From Bacilli bacterium (lineage in GTDB: Bacteria; Bacillota_I; Bacilli_A; ML615J-28; CAG-698), in contig JAQUZE010000004.1 in NCBI GenBank assembly GCA_028691515.1, forward strand, positions 26,667 to 90,666: a stretch of 64,000 bases of DNA, read 5' to 3'. Positions within the stretch are counted from its first letter, which is position 1. Each line of letters opens with the position of its first letter. Below, piece after piece: positions 46,038 to 57,182 of the stretch. A program made the translations under genes and the position numbers. The notes under the pieces were generated by a model, which worked only from the letters and a program-made list of their open reading frames with translations, was not told where the DNA came from and ran no database searches.

Positions 46038-47084
46038 GTGATAGAAATGCGTAAATTTTTATATGAAATGCTTGAGACAGCATCCGTTTCTGGAAATGAA
46101 ATTAATTTACAAAAGGTTGTAATTAAATATATGAAATCAGTTAGTGATAAAATCATTACTGATCATGCAGGTGATGTTATTTGTGTAATTAATCCTGAGG
46201 CTAATTTTAAAGTTTTGCTTGCTGCCCATAGTGATGAAATAGGTCTTACTATTGTTGAAATATTAAATGATGGTAGAGCTCTATTAAAAGAAGTGGGGTC
46301 TATTAAAGCTGGAGTTTATCCTGGACAAAAAGTAAGAGTTATTACTGACAAAGGAGAAGTTTTTGGAGTTGTTGGTTTTGATCAGTTTACATTTAAAAGT
46401 GAAATTACTGACAAAAATTTAATTTTAGATATTGGCGTATATTCAAAAGATGAAGCTGAAAAAATAATTACCATTGGTGATTCAGTTATACTTGATAGTA
46501 ATTATCGCGAACTTAATGATAATATTATTAGTGCTAGAGCTCTTGATGATAAAATTGGTGTTTATTCTATTATGGAAGTTTTAAAAAAATCAAAGGATAT
46601 TAATAAAGAAATTGGTGTATATTGTGCTAGTACTGTTGGTGAAGAAACTACAAAAGCAGGGGCTACTTTTGTTAGTAATTTGGTTAAACCAAATTGTGCA
46701 ATTATTATTGATGTTACTCATGATAGTTCCATAATGTTAAATAAAGGAAATAGAGAGTTTACTATGAATGGTAAAGGCCCCGTTTTATCAATTGGCACAG
46801 TTATTAATAAAGAATTTGTAAAGAAAGCCCAAAAGGCAGCTAAGAATAAAAATGTTTCATTACAAGTTTCTACTGAAGTATATAGAACATATACTGATTT
46901 AGATAAAATATATTTTAATGAATCAGGTATTCCTAGTTTATTAATTAGTATACCTTTACGTTATATGCATTCAAGTGCTGAACTCGTAGATATGAATGAT
47001 GTTAATGATATTATTTCATTAATTACTGAAATAATTGAATTATTAAAAACAGATAGAAATTTTAATCCTTTTGAGTTGCTATAA
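46038..47084 (+). CDS. M42 family aminopeptidase (second paralog)
   Basis: The motif LLAAHSDEIGLTIVEILNDG is present. The context SARALDDKIGV is present. Length is 348 aa. The start may be the ATG at 46047. Confidence 0.8.
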   Translation: MIEMRKFLYEMLETASVSGNEINLQKVVIKYMKSVSDKIITDHAGDVICVINPEANFKVLLAAHSDEIGLTIVEILNDGRALLKEVGSIKAGVYPGQKVRVITDKGEVFGVVGFDQFTFKSEITDKNLILDIGVYSKDEAEKIITIGDSVILDSNYRELNDNIISARALDDKIGVYSIMEVLKKSKDINKEIGVYCASTVGEETTKAGATFVSNLVKPNCAIIIDVTHDSSIMLNKGNREFTMNGKGPVLSIGTVINKEFVKKAQKAAKNKNVSLQVSTEVYRTYTDLDKIYFNESGIPSLLISIPLRYMHSSAELVDMNDVNDIISLITEIIELLKTDRNFNPFELL

Positions 47085-48646
47085 TGAAAACTTTATATAT
47101 TAATGGAAAGATTTTCACTCCAAATGGATTTAAAAAATGTTTGCTTGTAGAAGATGGTGTAATTAAAGAAATATATGACGTTAATAAAAAAATAACAGGA
47201 GTGAAAACTGTTAATTTAAAAAACAATGTTTTAATCCCAGGGTTTAATGATTCTCATTGTCATTTGTTTAGTCTAGCAAAGATTAATTCTCAGTTAGTTT
47301 TAAATGATGTTTCTTCAATTGATGAAATTATTATTAAAGGCAAGAAATTTATCGACGACAATCCAGGTATTTCTTTTGTTTTTGGCAGAGGATATAATGA
47401 TGATTTGCTTTTGGAAAAACGGATTTTAAGAAAAACGGATTTAGATAAAATATCAAAAGAAATTCCTATTATTATAACAAGAGTATGTGGACATGTTCAA
47501 ACTATTAATAGTAAAGCTATTGATTTATTGGGTTTAAAAATTACTGATAAAATTGCTGGTGGGGAAATAGAAGTGTTTGGTAATGAATTAAGTGGCGTGC
47601 TTTATGAAAATGCCATGAATTATACGGAAGAATTTTTTCCTTTATATGAAGTAAGTGTTGTAAAAACATTATTATTGAAAGAAATAAATAAGGCTAATAC
47701 TTTAGGTTTAACTTCAATTCAAACAAATGATATTAATGTTAATGATAAAAATTATACAATTATTTTAAATGCGTATAAAGAGTTATTAGAAGAAGGCAAT
47801 CTAAACATTAGAATTACTTTACAATCAACATTTAATGATATTGATGAGTATATTAAATTTAAATATTTAATTGAAAATAATGATTTTTTAAAAATAGGTC
47901 CACTTAAAATTTTTTTAGATGGTTCTTTAGGAGCTCAAAGTGCTTATATGAAAAATCCTTATAAAAATGATAAAAGAAATTTTGGTATTAGTTGTTATAC
48001 TAATGATGCTCTTTATTCAATTATTAAGAAATCTCGTGAAGAAGGAGTTTCTATTATAGCACATGCTATAGGGGATGCAGCAGTTGAACAATTTTTAGAT
48101 TGCAAAGAAAAAGTATATGGTAAGACTAATCCTAATAGATTAGGATTAGTCCATTGTCAAATTACAAACGAAGATTTACTTTTTCGTATTGGAGAATTAA
48201 ATGTATTAGTTTATGCGCAACCTATTTTTATTGATTATGATATGGATATTTTGAATTTATTAGTAGATAAAAAAACAGCTAATAGTTCTTACGCTTTTAA
48301 TACTTTAAATAAAAAAACAATAGTATCATTTGGAACTGATGCTCCAGTAGAAAGCTTAAATTGTTTCAAAAATATTTTTTGTGCAGTAACTAGATACAAT
48401 TTAAAACAGACTAAACAATTAAATCCTAGTGAAGCCTTTACAGTTAATGATGCAATAAAGGCTTACACTTATAATTCAGCATTTATGAGTTTTGATGAGG
48501 GCTACTTAGGTTTAATTAAGGAAGGATATGCAGCTGATTTTATAATTTTAAGTAAAGATATTTTTACTATCGATACAAGTGAATTACAATCTATTAATAT
48601 TCTTAGAACTGTTGTGGGTGGCAAAGAAGTATACATAAAGGAATAA
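47084..48646 (+). CDS. amidohydrolase-3 family metal-dependent hydrolase (YtcJ-like)
   Basis: The motif PGFNDSHCHLFS (HxH metal site) is present. The motif IIAHAIGDAAVE is present. The C-terminal motif FGTDAPVE is present. Length is 520 aa. Its start overlaps the stop of the M42 gene (ATAATGA). Confidence 0.8.
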   Translation: MKTLYINGKIFTPNGFKKCLLVEDGVIKEIYDVNKKITGVKTVNLKNNVLIPGFNDSHCHLFSLAKINSQLVLNDVSSIDEIIIKGKKFIDDNPGISFVFGRGYNDDLLLEKRILRKTDLDKISKEIPIIITRVCGHVQTINSKAIDLLGLKITDKIAGGEIEVFGNELSGVLYENAMNYTEEFFPLYEVSVVKTLLLKEINKANTLGLTSIQTNDINVNDKNYTIILNAYKELLEEGNLNIRITLQSTFNDIDEYIKFKYLIENNDFLKIGPLKIFLDGSLGAQSAYMKNPYKNDKRNFGISCYTNDALYSIIKKSREEGVSIIAHAIGDAAVEQFLDCKEKVYGKTNPNRLGLVHCQITNEDLLFRIGELNVLVYAQPIFIDYDMDILNLLVDKKTANSSYAFNTLNKKTIVSFGTDAPVESLNCFKNIFCAVTRYNLKQTKQLNPSEAFTVNDAIKAYTYNSAFMSFDEGYLGLIKEGYAADFIILSKDIFTIDTSELQSINILRTVVGGKEVYIKE

Positions 48647-48649
48647 ATT

Positions 48650-50140
48650 ATGAAAAGAAGTTTTTTTGAATATAAAGATAATCAATTATTATTAATGGAT
48701 ACTAAATTATTAGAAGTTGATTGCGTAATTATTTCAGCAAGTTCTCTTTTAAAAGCAATGGAGAATAGTAATTTTAATGAGGAAATATTTAATGAGTTAA
48801 TAAGTAATAAATCAATTTATATCAAAGTTAGTTTTCAAAATTATATAAGTACAAAGAAGATTTTAAATAATGATAATTTTCCTTTTATTTCAGGATTTTA
48901 TCTTGAAAATGTAGAATCAAAGTTTTTAAATAAAATGACAGATTTTTCTAGATGTTATGAAAAAGAACATAAGTTGAACTTTGGTTCATTAATCTTTATT
49001 GGAGAAATTTCTACTCCTAAAGCAACAATGGAAATAAAAAAAATTTGTAACTATGATCGTCTTTCTTTTTTAACATTTAATGTATTTAAATTTAAAGATT
49101 ATATTGGTGTTAATACTATCGATAAGATGCATTATTTTAATAAAATATTAGAGTGTGCTTTTTATTATAAAAAGTTTATTTTGTTACATGGTGTAAATTC
49201 TATAAATGAGTATAAAAATTTAGGAATAATTGGCGCAATAACTGATAATATCTTGGAAGTTACTACAATTAATGATATCTTTACTCCAAATGAAAAAGAG
49301 ATTAAAGAAGCTGACCTTTATTTAAATATGTATTTAGAGCATCAAAAAACTCATTCCAAAAAGCAATATTATAATTTTAGTACAAATAAATTACTTTATT
49401 ATAATCTGATTTTAGAAAGAGCATACATATTAAATAAAAATTATAAGGTGAATAGTCTTTCATTAATAAATAGTAATATTTCATTATTAAAAACAAAAAA
49501 ACAAGAAATTAGTAAATTTTATACTTTTGGTGAAGAATTAGGGAATTCTATTACTCATGGGATTGGCATTATTGCTGGTGTTGTATTCTTAATTTTGTTA
49601 TTGATTAAAGTAAATAATAATTATAATATAGTAAACTTTATGGCTTATTTAATATATTCTCTTAGTGTGATTGTTTTATATACTTCCTCTTTTATTTATC
49701 ATTTATTACCTTTGGGTACAAGAGCAAAGATGATATTTCAGCGTTTTGATCATATGACTATTTATTTACTTATTGCTGGCTCATATACACCTTTTGCTTT
49801 AATAGCGTTAGGAGGATTATCCGGTATTATTTTAGCAAGTATTATTTGGTTTGGTGCTATAAGCGGATTATTATTAAACTTATTTTGGTTTGGAAAATTT
49901 AGAGGATTTCATATTTTTTTATATTTACTATTAGGATGGGCAGCGCTATTTTTTATAGTTCCTATTATAAGAGGGTTAGGAACAACTGGGACAATTTTTT
50001 TATTTGCTGGAGGAGTCAGTTATACTATAGGCATTATTTTTTATAGTTTTAAATTATTTAAATTTACACATATGGTATGGCATTTGTTTGTATTGTTAGG
50101 AACAATTCTCCATTTCCTTGGTATTTATTTGTGTTTATAA
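48650..50140 (+). CDS. hemolysin III/PAQR-family 7-TM protein with ~290-aa N-terminal soluble extension of unknown function
   Basis: The C-terminal 200 aa has the Hly-III core (GNSITHGIGIIAGVVFLILL, YTSSFIYHLLP, FQRFDHMTIYLLIAGSYTPF). The N-terminal extension (MKRSFFEYKDNQLLLMDTKLLEVDCVIISASS...) matches no family I can name. Confidence 0.7.
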   Translation: MKRSFFEYKDNQLLLMDTKLLEVDCVIISASSLLKAMENSNFNEEIFNELISNKSIYIKVSFQNYISTKKILNNDNFPFISGFYLENVESKFLNKMTDFSRCYEKEHKLNFGSLIFIGEISTPKATMEIKKICNYDRLSFLTFNVFKFKDYIGVNTIDKMHYFNKILECAFYYKKFILLHGVNSINEYKNLGIIGAITDNILEVTTINDIFTPNEKEIKEADLYLNMYLEHQKTHSKKQYYNFSTNKLLYYNLILERAYILNKNYKVNSLSLINSNISLLKTKKQEISKFYTFGEELGNSITHGIGIIAGVVFLILLLIKVNNNYNIVNFMAYLIYSLSVIVLYTSSFIYHLLPLGTRAKMIFQRFDHMTIYLLIAGSYTPFALIALGGLSGIILASIIWFGAISGLLLNLFWFGKFRGFHIFLYLLLGWAALFFIVPIIRGLGTTGTIFLFAGGVSYTIGIIFYSFKLFKFTHMVWHLFVLLGTILHFLGIYLCL

Positions 50141-50232
50141 AAAATTTAAAGTTTTTGCTTTAAATTTTTTTATGGATAATTCTAATGAAAAAATGGATTA
50201 AATATGATAAAATGTAAAATAAGAGGTGGATT

Positions 50233-53200
50233 ATGAGTAAAAACAAAAAATTTTTGGATTTATTAAATGAATTAGATATAAATATTCCAGAAGAAGCAGT
50301 TACTGGAGAACTTACATCAATTTTAATAAACCACAAACTTTCTACTTTTACTTTTTCATTTAAATTTTTAGAAATTCCTAAAGTAGATTTTTTAAATGAA
50401 TTAATAGCAAAAGTTAATCATGTTTACATTAAAAAATTTAAAATTAAAGAAATAAAATTTAAATTTATTTATAAAAATAAATTTATTAAAGAAGCTTATC
50501 TTGAAGAATATTATATATATATATTAGATAAATTAAGTGAGTATAGACCTCATTTTACTATGTTTAATGCTTTTACTAAAAATTTTAGTGATAATAAAAT
50601 AGTATTTTATGTGGGTTGTAATAATGATCAAAAAGTAATTGAACAATTTATTGATGCATTTAAAAAAGGTTTTAATATTTATTCTCTTGATTTTATAAAT
50701 ATTGAAACAGATATTTCTCCTTTTGAAAAATCAATTGAAGAAGAGATAAAGTCAAAAATAGAAAGTATATCAGCAACTATTAATAGAGAACAACAAGTAT
50801 TTGATGGGTTAAAAAATAAAAATAACAATAAAGGAAGCACTCCGTTAAGGAGTATAAAGCCGAAATTACCAATTAACGGTAAAGCCACGCCTTTAAATGA
50901 ATTACCTTCTACAAATGCTCAATTGATTGAGTATCAACAAAAACATAGTTCTAGTAGTTTTGTTGTTGAGGGTGATTTAATTCAAGCAGAAATTAGACCT
51001 GTTACTGGTTATAATTTATTTCAAGGGGTTATTTTTGATGGTGAAAGTTCTTTAGTGATTAAATCATTTATAAGTGAAAATAATATTCAGCATTTGTCTT
51101 TTTATAAAACAAATTGTCTTGTTGGTAAAAAAATTAGAATATATGGATCTTTGCAATATGATAAATATAGTAAAGATTTAACTTTGAGTGTTCAAGATGT
51201 AATTCCTTTAGGAGATGCTCTTAAAAAAACTCGTCAAGATAATTACCCTAATAAAAGAGTAGAACTTCATGCACATACAAAAATGAGTGCTCAAGATAGT
51301 GTAATGGATGTTAATGAATATGTAGAATTAGCTAAAAATTTTGGACATAAAGCATTAGCTGTTACTGATCACGTATCTTTACAAGCTTTACCAGATTTTG
51401 AATCTGCATGTAAAAATTCAGATATTAAACCTATATTTGGTTTAGAGGGGAATTTAATCAAAAAATCTGAATATAAAATTTGTTTGTCAGATTTAGATGA
51501 TGACATTAATCTAAAAGATGCGAGTTATGTTGTATATGATTTAGAGACAACAGGATTATCTAGTAATTATAATGAGATTATTGAAATATCTGCTGTTCGC
51601 ATTAAACATGGAATTATGATTGATGAGTTTTCAACATTCGTAAAACCGAAAAACCCCATTCCTAAGTATATTACTAATTTTACTCATATTTCTAATGATG
51701 ATGTTAGAAATTCTAAAAGCATTGAAGAAGTATTACCTGATTTTATAGATTTTATTGGCAATTCAATTTTGGTTGCTCATAATGCCAGATTTGATAATTC
51801 TATGTTATATGCTAATATGAAAAATATTGGATTATATTTTAAGCCTTTTCCAACAATAGATACACTACAATTAGCTAAAAATTTTTATTCAGATAGATTA
51901 AAAAGATTTAATTTGAAAGCATTAAGTAAATTTTTTGATGTTGATTTAGTACAACATCATCGTGCTATTTATGATACAAGGGCAACTGCTGGTATTTTTA
52001 TTAAAATGTTGAATGAATTAAAAGAGCAAAATATTATTACTTATAATAGTATTAATAAACATATTACAAAAGAGGTTTATCAAACAATTATTCCTTATAA
52101 TGTTACTTTAATTGCTAAAAATAGAAAAGGAATGGTTAATTTAAATAAAATAGTTTCTGATTCATCAACTGTTCATTTTTATAGGGAGCCTAGAATTTTA
52201 GAAGATTTTCTACTTAAGCATAAAGAAGGTTTATTAATTGGTAGTGGTTGTCAAGATGGCGAAGTTTTTATAACTGCTTTTAATTCATCAGATGAACAAT
52301 TAAAAGAAGTAATTTCATTTTATGATTATATTGAAGTTCAACCTCCTAAACAATATAGATACATGTTTTCTGATATTTTTAAAGTTTATGAAGAAGATGA
52401 AGATGATGATAATAACTCACTTATTGAAGAACATCAAGAATTAGAAGAAGAATACATGAGTTATGTATATGATACAATAAATAGAATTATTAAAATAAGT
52501 AAAGAATTAAATAAACTTGTAGTTGCTACTGGTGATGTTCATCATTTAGATAAAGAAGATGTAATGTTAAGAGCAATGTTTGTTGAAGCGCCACAAGTAG
52601 GAGGAGGAATACATTATTTAGCTAGAGCTGGAGAACTAGTTTCTCAACATTTTATGTCAACTGATGAAATGATGGCTGAATTTGCATTTTTAGATAGTGA
52701 AGAAGCATTTAAAATTGTTGTGGAAAATACAAATATTATTGCAGATATGATAGAAGAGTTTACTTTATTCCCTAAGGGTTTACATGCACCTGCAGATAAT
52801 TTTTTTGCAGATAAAGGTATCCCTTCAATGAAAGAAGCTTGTATTAAATTAACTTATGAAACTGCAAAAAAAATATATGGAGAAAACATTCCTAAATATG
52901 TTTTGGAAAGATTAGATAAAGAACTAAATAGTATAATTGGAAATAATTATGCTCCAATATATTACGTTTCTTATTTATTGGTTAAACATAGTACAGATGC
53001 AGGATATATTGTTGGCAGTAGAGGTTCAGTGGGTTCCTCATTGGTTGCTACATTTATGAAAATAACAGAAGTTAATCCATTGCTTCCACATTATGTTTGT
53101 AAAAACTGTCATTATAGTGCTTTTAAACTTACAAGTAAACAAAAAGAAAAATATGGTATTGAGCCTTATCCTGCTTATATTGAAAATGCACTTCAAAGTG

Positions 53201-54783
53201 TAGGTAATGGTTACGACCTTCCTGAAAATAAATGTCCAGTCTGTGGTAATTTATTAAAAGGTGATGGAATGGATATTCCGTTTGAAACATTTTTAGGTTT
53301 TAGTGGCGAAAAAATTCCAGATATTGATCTTAACTTTTCAGGAGAATATCAAAATTTAGCTCATGATTATATACGAGATTTATTTGGAGAAGACAATGCT
53401 TTTAGAGCTGGTACGATTTCAACAGTTGCAAGTAAAACAGCATTCGGATATGTTAAAAAATATTTGGAGAAACATGAAATTCAGTTAAGACAATGCGAAG
53501 TTGATAGACTTTCGAAAAAAATTGAAGGTGTAAAAAGATCTACAGGGCAACATCCTGGTGGAATAGTAGTTATTCCTAAAGAAATTGATTATACAGATAT
53601 AATTCCAATACAGTATCCATCAGATAATATTGAATCAAGCTGGAGAACTACACATTATGATTATCATAAATTTGAAGATAATTTATTGAAACTAGATATT
53701 CTAGGTCATGATGATCCAACAATGGTTAAATATTTAATGGATTATGTAAAAGCAAATCCAAATGATTTTCCTTTTTCAACAGTTGAGGAAATACCACTAT
53801 CAGATCCTGATGTTTTGAGTTTATTTAATTCTGTTAAAGCTTTGGGAGTGAGTAGAGAACAGTTGTTACAAGAAATAGGAACAAGTGGATTACCTGAGTT
53901 TGGAACAAAAACAGCTAAGGAAATGTTAAAAGATATTAATCCAAATAAAGTTGAACAATTAATTAAAACTTCAGGTATCAGTCATGGAACAGATGTTTGG
54001 AATAATAATCAACGTGATTGTTTGCTTGGTTTAAATTCAAATAGTGAGCCAATTCCTTTTGAACAATTAATTGGTTGTCGTGATGATATTATGGTTTATT
54101 TAATTAAGATGGGAATGACAGAATTTGATGCTTTTACTATAATGGAGAGAGTAAGAAAGGGTAAAAGTTTATCAATGGAGCAAGAAAGTGAAATGAAAGC
54201 ATATAATATTCCCGATTGGTATATTCAATCATGTAAAAAAATACAATACATGTTTCCAAAAGCTCATGCTGCAGCATATGTTATTATGGCTTTGAGAATT
54301 GGTTGGTTTAAAATTCACCATCCTCTCTATTATTATTCATCATTTTTCAGTATTAGGTGTAATGCATTTGATGTTGAAGTAATGGCAGGAGGATATGAAA
54401 AAATAAAAATAAAATTTAATGAATTACAAAAATTAATATTACAACGTAAAGCCAAACAAAAGGAAATAGATTTATTTGATACTTTAACTGTTGCTTTAGA
54501 GATGACAGCAAGAGGATATAATTTTAATATGCCAGATTTAAATAAATCTGATTGGAAAAATTTTAATATTGAAGGCAATAATCTTTTTCTACCATTTAAT
54601 ACTATTGAATCTTTAGGAGATACTACAGCAAAGTCAATTATTGAAGCAAGAAATGAAGCACCATTTTCTTCAAAAAATGATTTCAAAAAAAGAACGAAAG
54701 TTTCTTCAACTGTCATGGAAAGAATGGATAGAATGTTTATTCTAGATAATCTTCCAGAAGATGATCAAACAACTTTATTTTAA
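50233..54783 (+). CDS. polC: DNA polymerase III PolC-type (Gram-positive replicative polymerase)
   Basis: Length is 1516 aa. The PHP domain is split by a DEDD 3'-5' exonuclease (VVYDLETTGLS, HNARFDNSML, HRAIYDT). The polymerase core motifs and a C4 zinc finger (CKNCHY...CPVCG) are present. Confidence 0.95.
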   Translation: MSKNKKFLDLLNELDINIPEEAVTGELTSILINHKLSTFTFSFKFLEIPKVDFLNELIAKVNHVYIKKFKIKEIKFKFIYKNKFIKEAYLEEYYIYILDKLSEYRPHFTMFNAFTKNFSDNKIVFYVGCNNDQKVIEQFIDAFKKGFNIYSLDFINIETDISPFEKSIEEEIKSKIESISATINREQQVFDGLKNKNNNKGSTPLRSIKPKLPINGKATPLNELPSTNAQLIEYQQKHSSSSFVVEGDLIQAEIRPVTGYNLFQGVIFDGESSLVIKSFISENNIQHLSFYKTNCLVGKKIRIYGSLQYDKYSKDLTLSVQDVIPLGDALKKTRQDNYPNKRVELHAHTKMSAQDSVMDVNEYVELAKNFGHKALAVTDHVSLQALPDFESACKNSDIKPIFGLEGNLIKKSEYKICLSDLDDDINLKDASYVVYDLETTGLSSNYNEIIEISAVRIKHGIMIDEFSTFVKPKNPIPKYITNFTHISNDDVRNSKSIEEVLPDFIDFIGNSILVAHNARFDNSMLYANMKNIGLYFKPFPTIDTLQLAKNFYSDRLKRFNLKALSKFFDVDLVQHHRAIYDTRATAGIFIKMLNELKEQNIITYNSINKHITKEVYQTIIPYNVTLIAKNRKGMVNLNKIVSDSSTVHFYREPRILEDFLLKHKEGLLIGSGCQDGEVFITAFNSSDEQLKEVISFYDYIEVQPPKQYRYMFSDIFKVYEEDEDDDNNSLIEEHQELEEEYMSYVYDTINRIIKISKELNKLVVATGDVHHLDKEDVMLRAMFVEAPQVGGGIHYLARAGELVSQHFMSTDEMMAEFAFLDSEEAFKIVVENTNIIADMIEEFTLFPKGLHAPADNFFADKGIPSMKEACIKLTYETAKKIYGENIPKYVLERLDKELNSIIGNNYAPIYYVSYLLVKHSTDAGYIVGSRGSVGSSLVATFMKITEVNPLLPHYVCKNCHYSAFKLTSKQKEKYGIEPYPAYIENALQSVGNGYDLPENKCPVCGNLLKGDGMDIPFETFLGFSGEKIPDIDLNFSGEYQNLAHDYIRDLFGEDNAFRAGTISTVASKTAFGYVKKYLEKHEIQLRQCEVDRLSKKIEGVKRSTGQHPGGIVVIPKEIDYTDIIPIQYPSDNIESSWRTTHYDYHKFEDNLLKLDILGHDDPTMVKYLMDYVKANPNDFPFSTVEEIPLSDPDVLSLFNSVKALGVSREQLLQEIGTSGLPEFGTKTAKEMLKDINPNKVEQLIKTSGISHGTDVWNNNQRDCLLGLNSNSEPIPFEQLIGCRDDIMVYLIKMGMTEFDAFTIMERVRKGKSLSMEQESEMKAYNIPDWYIQSCKKIQYMFPKAHAAAYVIMALRIGWFKIHHPLYYYSSFFSIRCNAFDVEVMAGGYEKIKIKFNELQKLILQRKAKQKEIDLFDTLTVALEMTARGYNFNMPDLNKSDWKNFNIEGNNLFLPFNTIESLGDTTAKSIIEARNEAPFSSKNDFKKRTKVSSTVMERMDRMFILDNLPEDDQTTLF

Positions 54784-54830
54784 GATTATTTTAATAATAT
54801 AATATATAATATATATGAGGTGAATAAATT

Positions 54831-55565
54831 ATGAGAATATATAATTCAAATCCTGCATTTAAAAAAATAAACAAAGCAGAATATACAGCTAGTTATGAAA
54901 TTGCAACATATAAAGGCATCGCTAAGAAAACTTTATTTTATTTATTACTAGTTTTGGTTGGTGCATTTGGTGGATTATTTTTAATTGCAAATAATCCTCC
55001 TATTGGAATAGCAGTTTTTATTGGATCATTTATTGTATCTTTAATAAGTGGTTTAATTGCTTTAATGATACCTAAAGCTACAAAAATAGCTGGTTCAATT
55101 TATTGTTTATTTCAAGGAATATTTGTTGGTGTAATATCAATGACATTTGCTGCTGAAACAAATGGTATTGTTCCTGCGGCTTTACTAGGAGTTATAACTG
55201 TTTTTTTAATTGTTACTACATTATATGTAACAAGAATTGTAAAAGTTACTAATAAATTTATGAATTTCTTATTTATATTTGCAATATCTTTCATTATTAC
55301 AATGGTGGCTTTATATTTGTTTTCAATATTTGGACAATTTGAATTTAGTTTGCCAATAATGGCTTTAATATCAGGAATTTCAGTAATTTTAGCAACATTT
55401 TATTTGTTTATGGATTTAGAGCAAATTAGAATGGTTGTTGAGGGCGGATATCCAAAAGAATATGAATGGCATTCAGCTTTTGCATTATCATATACCCTTA
55501 TTTGGCTTTATATAGAATTACTTAGATTAATCTTTATATTATCAAGAATATTTAGCAGAAATTAA
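54831..55565 (+). CDS. Bax inhibitor-1/YccA family membrane protein
   Basis: The 244-aa protein has 7 predicted TM helices. The N-terminal pattern ...YEIATYKGIAKKTLFYLLLVLV resembles YccA/YetJ. Confidence 0.55.
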   Translation: MRIYNSNPAFKKINKAEYTASYEIATYKGIAKKTLFYLLLVLVGAFGGLFLIANNPPIGIAVFIGSFIVSLISGLIALMIPKATKIAGSIYCLFQGIFVGVISMTFAAETNGIVPAALLGVITVFLIVTTLYVTRIVKVTNKFMNFLFIFAISFIITMVALYLFSIFGQFEFSLPIMALISGISVILATFYLFMDLEQIRMVVEGGYPKEYEWHSAFALSYTLIWLYIELLRLIFILSRIFSRN

Positions 55566-55625
55566 TAAAAATTAAGAGGAATAATTCCTCTTTTTTTGTT
55601 ATAATATGAGATGAGGTGAAAGGGA

Positions 55626-56057
55626 ATGAAAATCTTAGTTTTAAATGGTCCTAATATTAACTTTATTGGAATAAGAGAGAAGAATATTTATGGAGAAAAA
55701 AATTATAAATTTTTAGTAAAAAAAATACAAGATCATGCTAAAAAGTTAAAAGTAAAAGCAAAAATTATACAAAGCAATCATGAAGGATTTTTAATTGATT
55801 TAATACAAAAATGTTATTTTAAAAAATATGATGCTATAATTATTAATCCAGGAGCATATACTCATTATTCTATTGCTTTGTTGGATGCATTAAAGTCTGT
55901 TTCACCAATTAGAATAATTGAAGTTCACTTAAGTGATATTTTCAATAGAGAAATATATAGAAATAAGTCATTAATTAGTGAAGTTTCAGAAAAAGTATTT
56001 TTTGGGAAAGGAATAGATAGTTATTTAGAAGCTATAGATTATTTATTAATTAAATGA
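55626..56057 (+). CDS. aroQ: 3-dehydroquinate dehydratase, type II
   Basis: The N-terminus MKILVLNGPNINFIGIRE is present. The motifs IINPGAYTHYS and HLSDIFNRE are present. Length is 143 aa. Confidence 0.9.
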   Translation: MKILVLNGPNINFIGIREKNIYGEKNYKFLVKKIQDHAKKLKVKAKIIQSNHEGFLIDLIQKCYFKKYDAIIINPGAYTHYSIALLDALKSVSPIRIIEVHLSDIFNREIYRNKSLISEVSEKVFFGKGIDSYLEAIDYLLIK

Positions 56058-56158
56058 TAACGTTATACATTTTTTGTAAAGCGTTTTAACTTGAAATTAA
56101 GGACAAATAATGGTATTATATATATGATAAATTAAAATCATAAGGAGGTTTTTAATAT

Positions 56159-57172
56159 ATGGCAGTAAAAGTTGCAATTAATGGATTGGGACGTATTGGT
56201 AGATTAGCATTCCGTCTAATGTTTGGAGAAAAAGATTTTGATATCGTTGCAATTAACGATTTGACTAACGCTGAAGATTTGGCTTATTTATTAAAATATG
56301 ACACAACTCAAGGACGTTATAAAGAAGACTCTATTTCATTTAAAGAAGATGCTATTGTAGTTGATGGAAAAGAAATTAAGGTTTTTAAAGAAAAGGATCC
56401 AGCAAATCTTCCTTGGAAAGATTTAAAAGTTGACGTAGTAATTGAGTGTACAGGAGTATTTAATGATAAAGTTAAAGCTACTGCACATATTATAGCTGGA
56501 GCTAAAAAAGTCATTCTTTCTGCTCCTGGCACAGGAGATTTAAAAACTGTTGTTTATAAAGTAAATCATGAAATTCTTGATGGAACTGAAACTGTTATTT
56601 CTGGTGCTTCATGTACAACAAATTGTTTAGCTCCAGTAGCTAAAGTTTTACATGATAATTTTGGTATTGTAAAAGGATTTATGACAACTGTTCATGCATA
56701 TACTGGTGATCAAGCAACTCTTGATACACCGCATAAAAAAGGAATTAATGCAAGAAGAGGACGTGCTGCAGCACAAAATATTGTTCCTACATCTACAGGA
56801 GCAGCAAAAGCTATTGGTTTAGTTATTCCAGCAATTAAAGGAAAAATGGATGGAATTGCTATGCGAGTTCCAACAGCAACTGGGTCAGTTGTAGATTTAG
56901 TTGTTGAATTAGAAAGAAATGTTACAGTTGAAGAAATTAATGCTGCAATGAAAAAAGCTGCTAATGAAACTTTTAAATATACTGAAGATCCAATTGTTTC
57001 TAGTGATGTGATTGGAGAAACTCATGGTTCAATATTTGATGCAAAATCAACAAAAATTCTTGAAGTTGATGGCAAACAATTAGTAAAAGTTGTATCTTGG
57101 TATGATAATGAAATGAGTTATACTGCTCAATTAGTAAGAATTGCTAAATATGTAGTTAATCAAATAAAATAA
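56159..57172 (+). CDS. gap: glyceraldehyde-3-phosphate dehydrogenase
   Basis: The N-terminus [19 protein letters not shown] is present. The active site [10 protein letters not shown] is present. Length is 337 aa. Confidence 0.95.
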   Translation: MAVKVAINGLGRIGRLAFRLMFGEKDFDIVAINDLTNAEDLAYLLKYDTTQGRYKEDSISFKEDAIVVDGKEIKVFKEKDPANLPWKDLKVDVVIECTGVFNDKVKATAHIIAGAKKVILSAPGTGDLKTVVYKVNHEILDGTETVISGASCTTNCLAPVAKVLHDNFGIVKGFMTTVHAYTGDQATLDTPHKKGINARRGRAAAQNIVPTSTGAAKAIGLVIPAIKGKMDGIAMRVPTATGSVVDLVVELERNVTVEEINAAMKKAANETFKYTEDPIVSSDVIGETHGSIFDAKSTKILEVDGKQLVKVVSWYDNEMSYTAQLVRIAKYVVNQIK

Positions 57173-57182
57173 TATATTTTAA

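Noticed and set aside
56058-56095. Terminator after aroQ (AACG-UUAUACA...UGUAAAG-CGUU + UUUU)
   Set aside because: The hairpin is interrupted by an internal loop and followed by only a short T tract. It is too weak to call from sequence alone.
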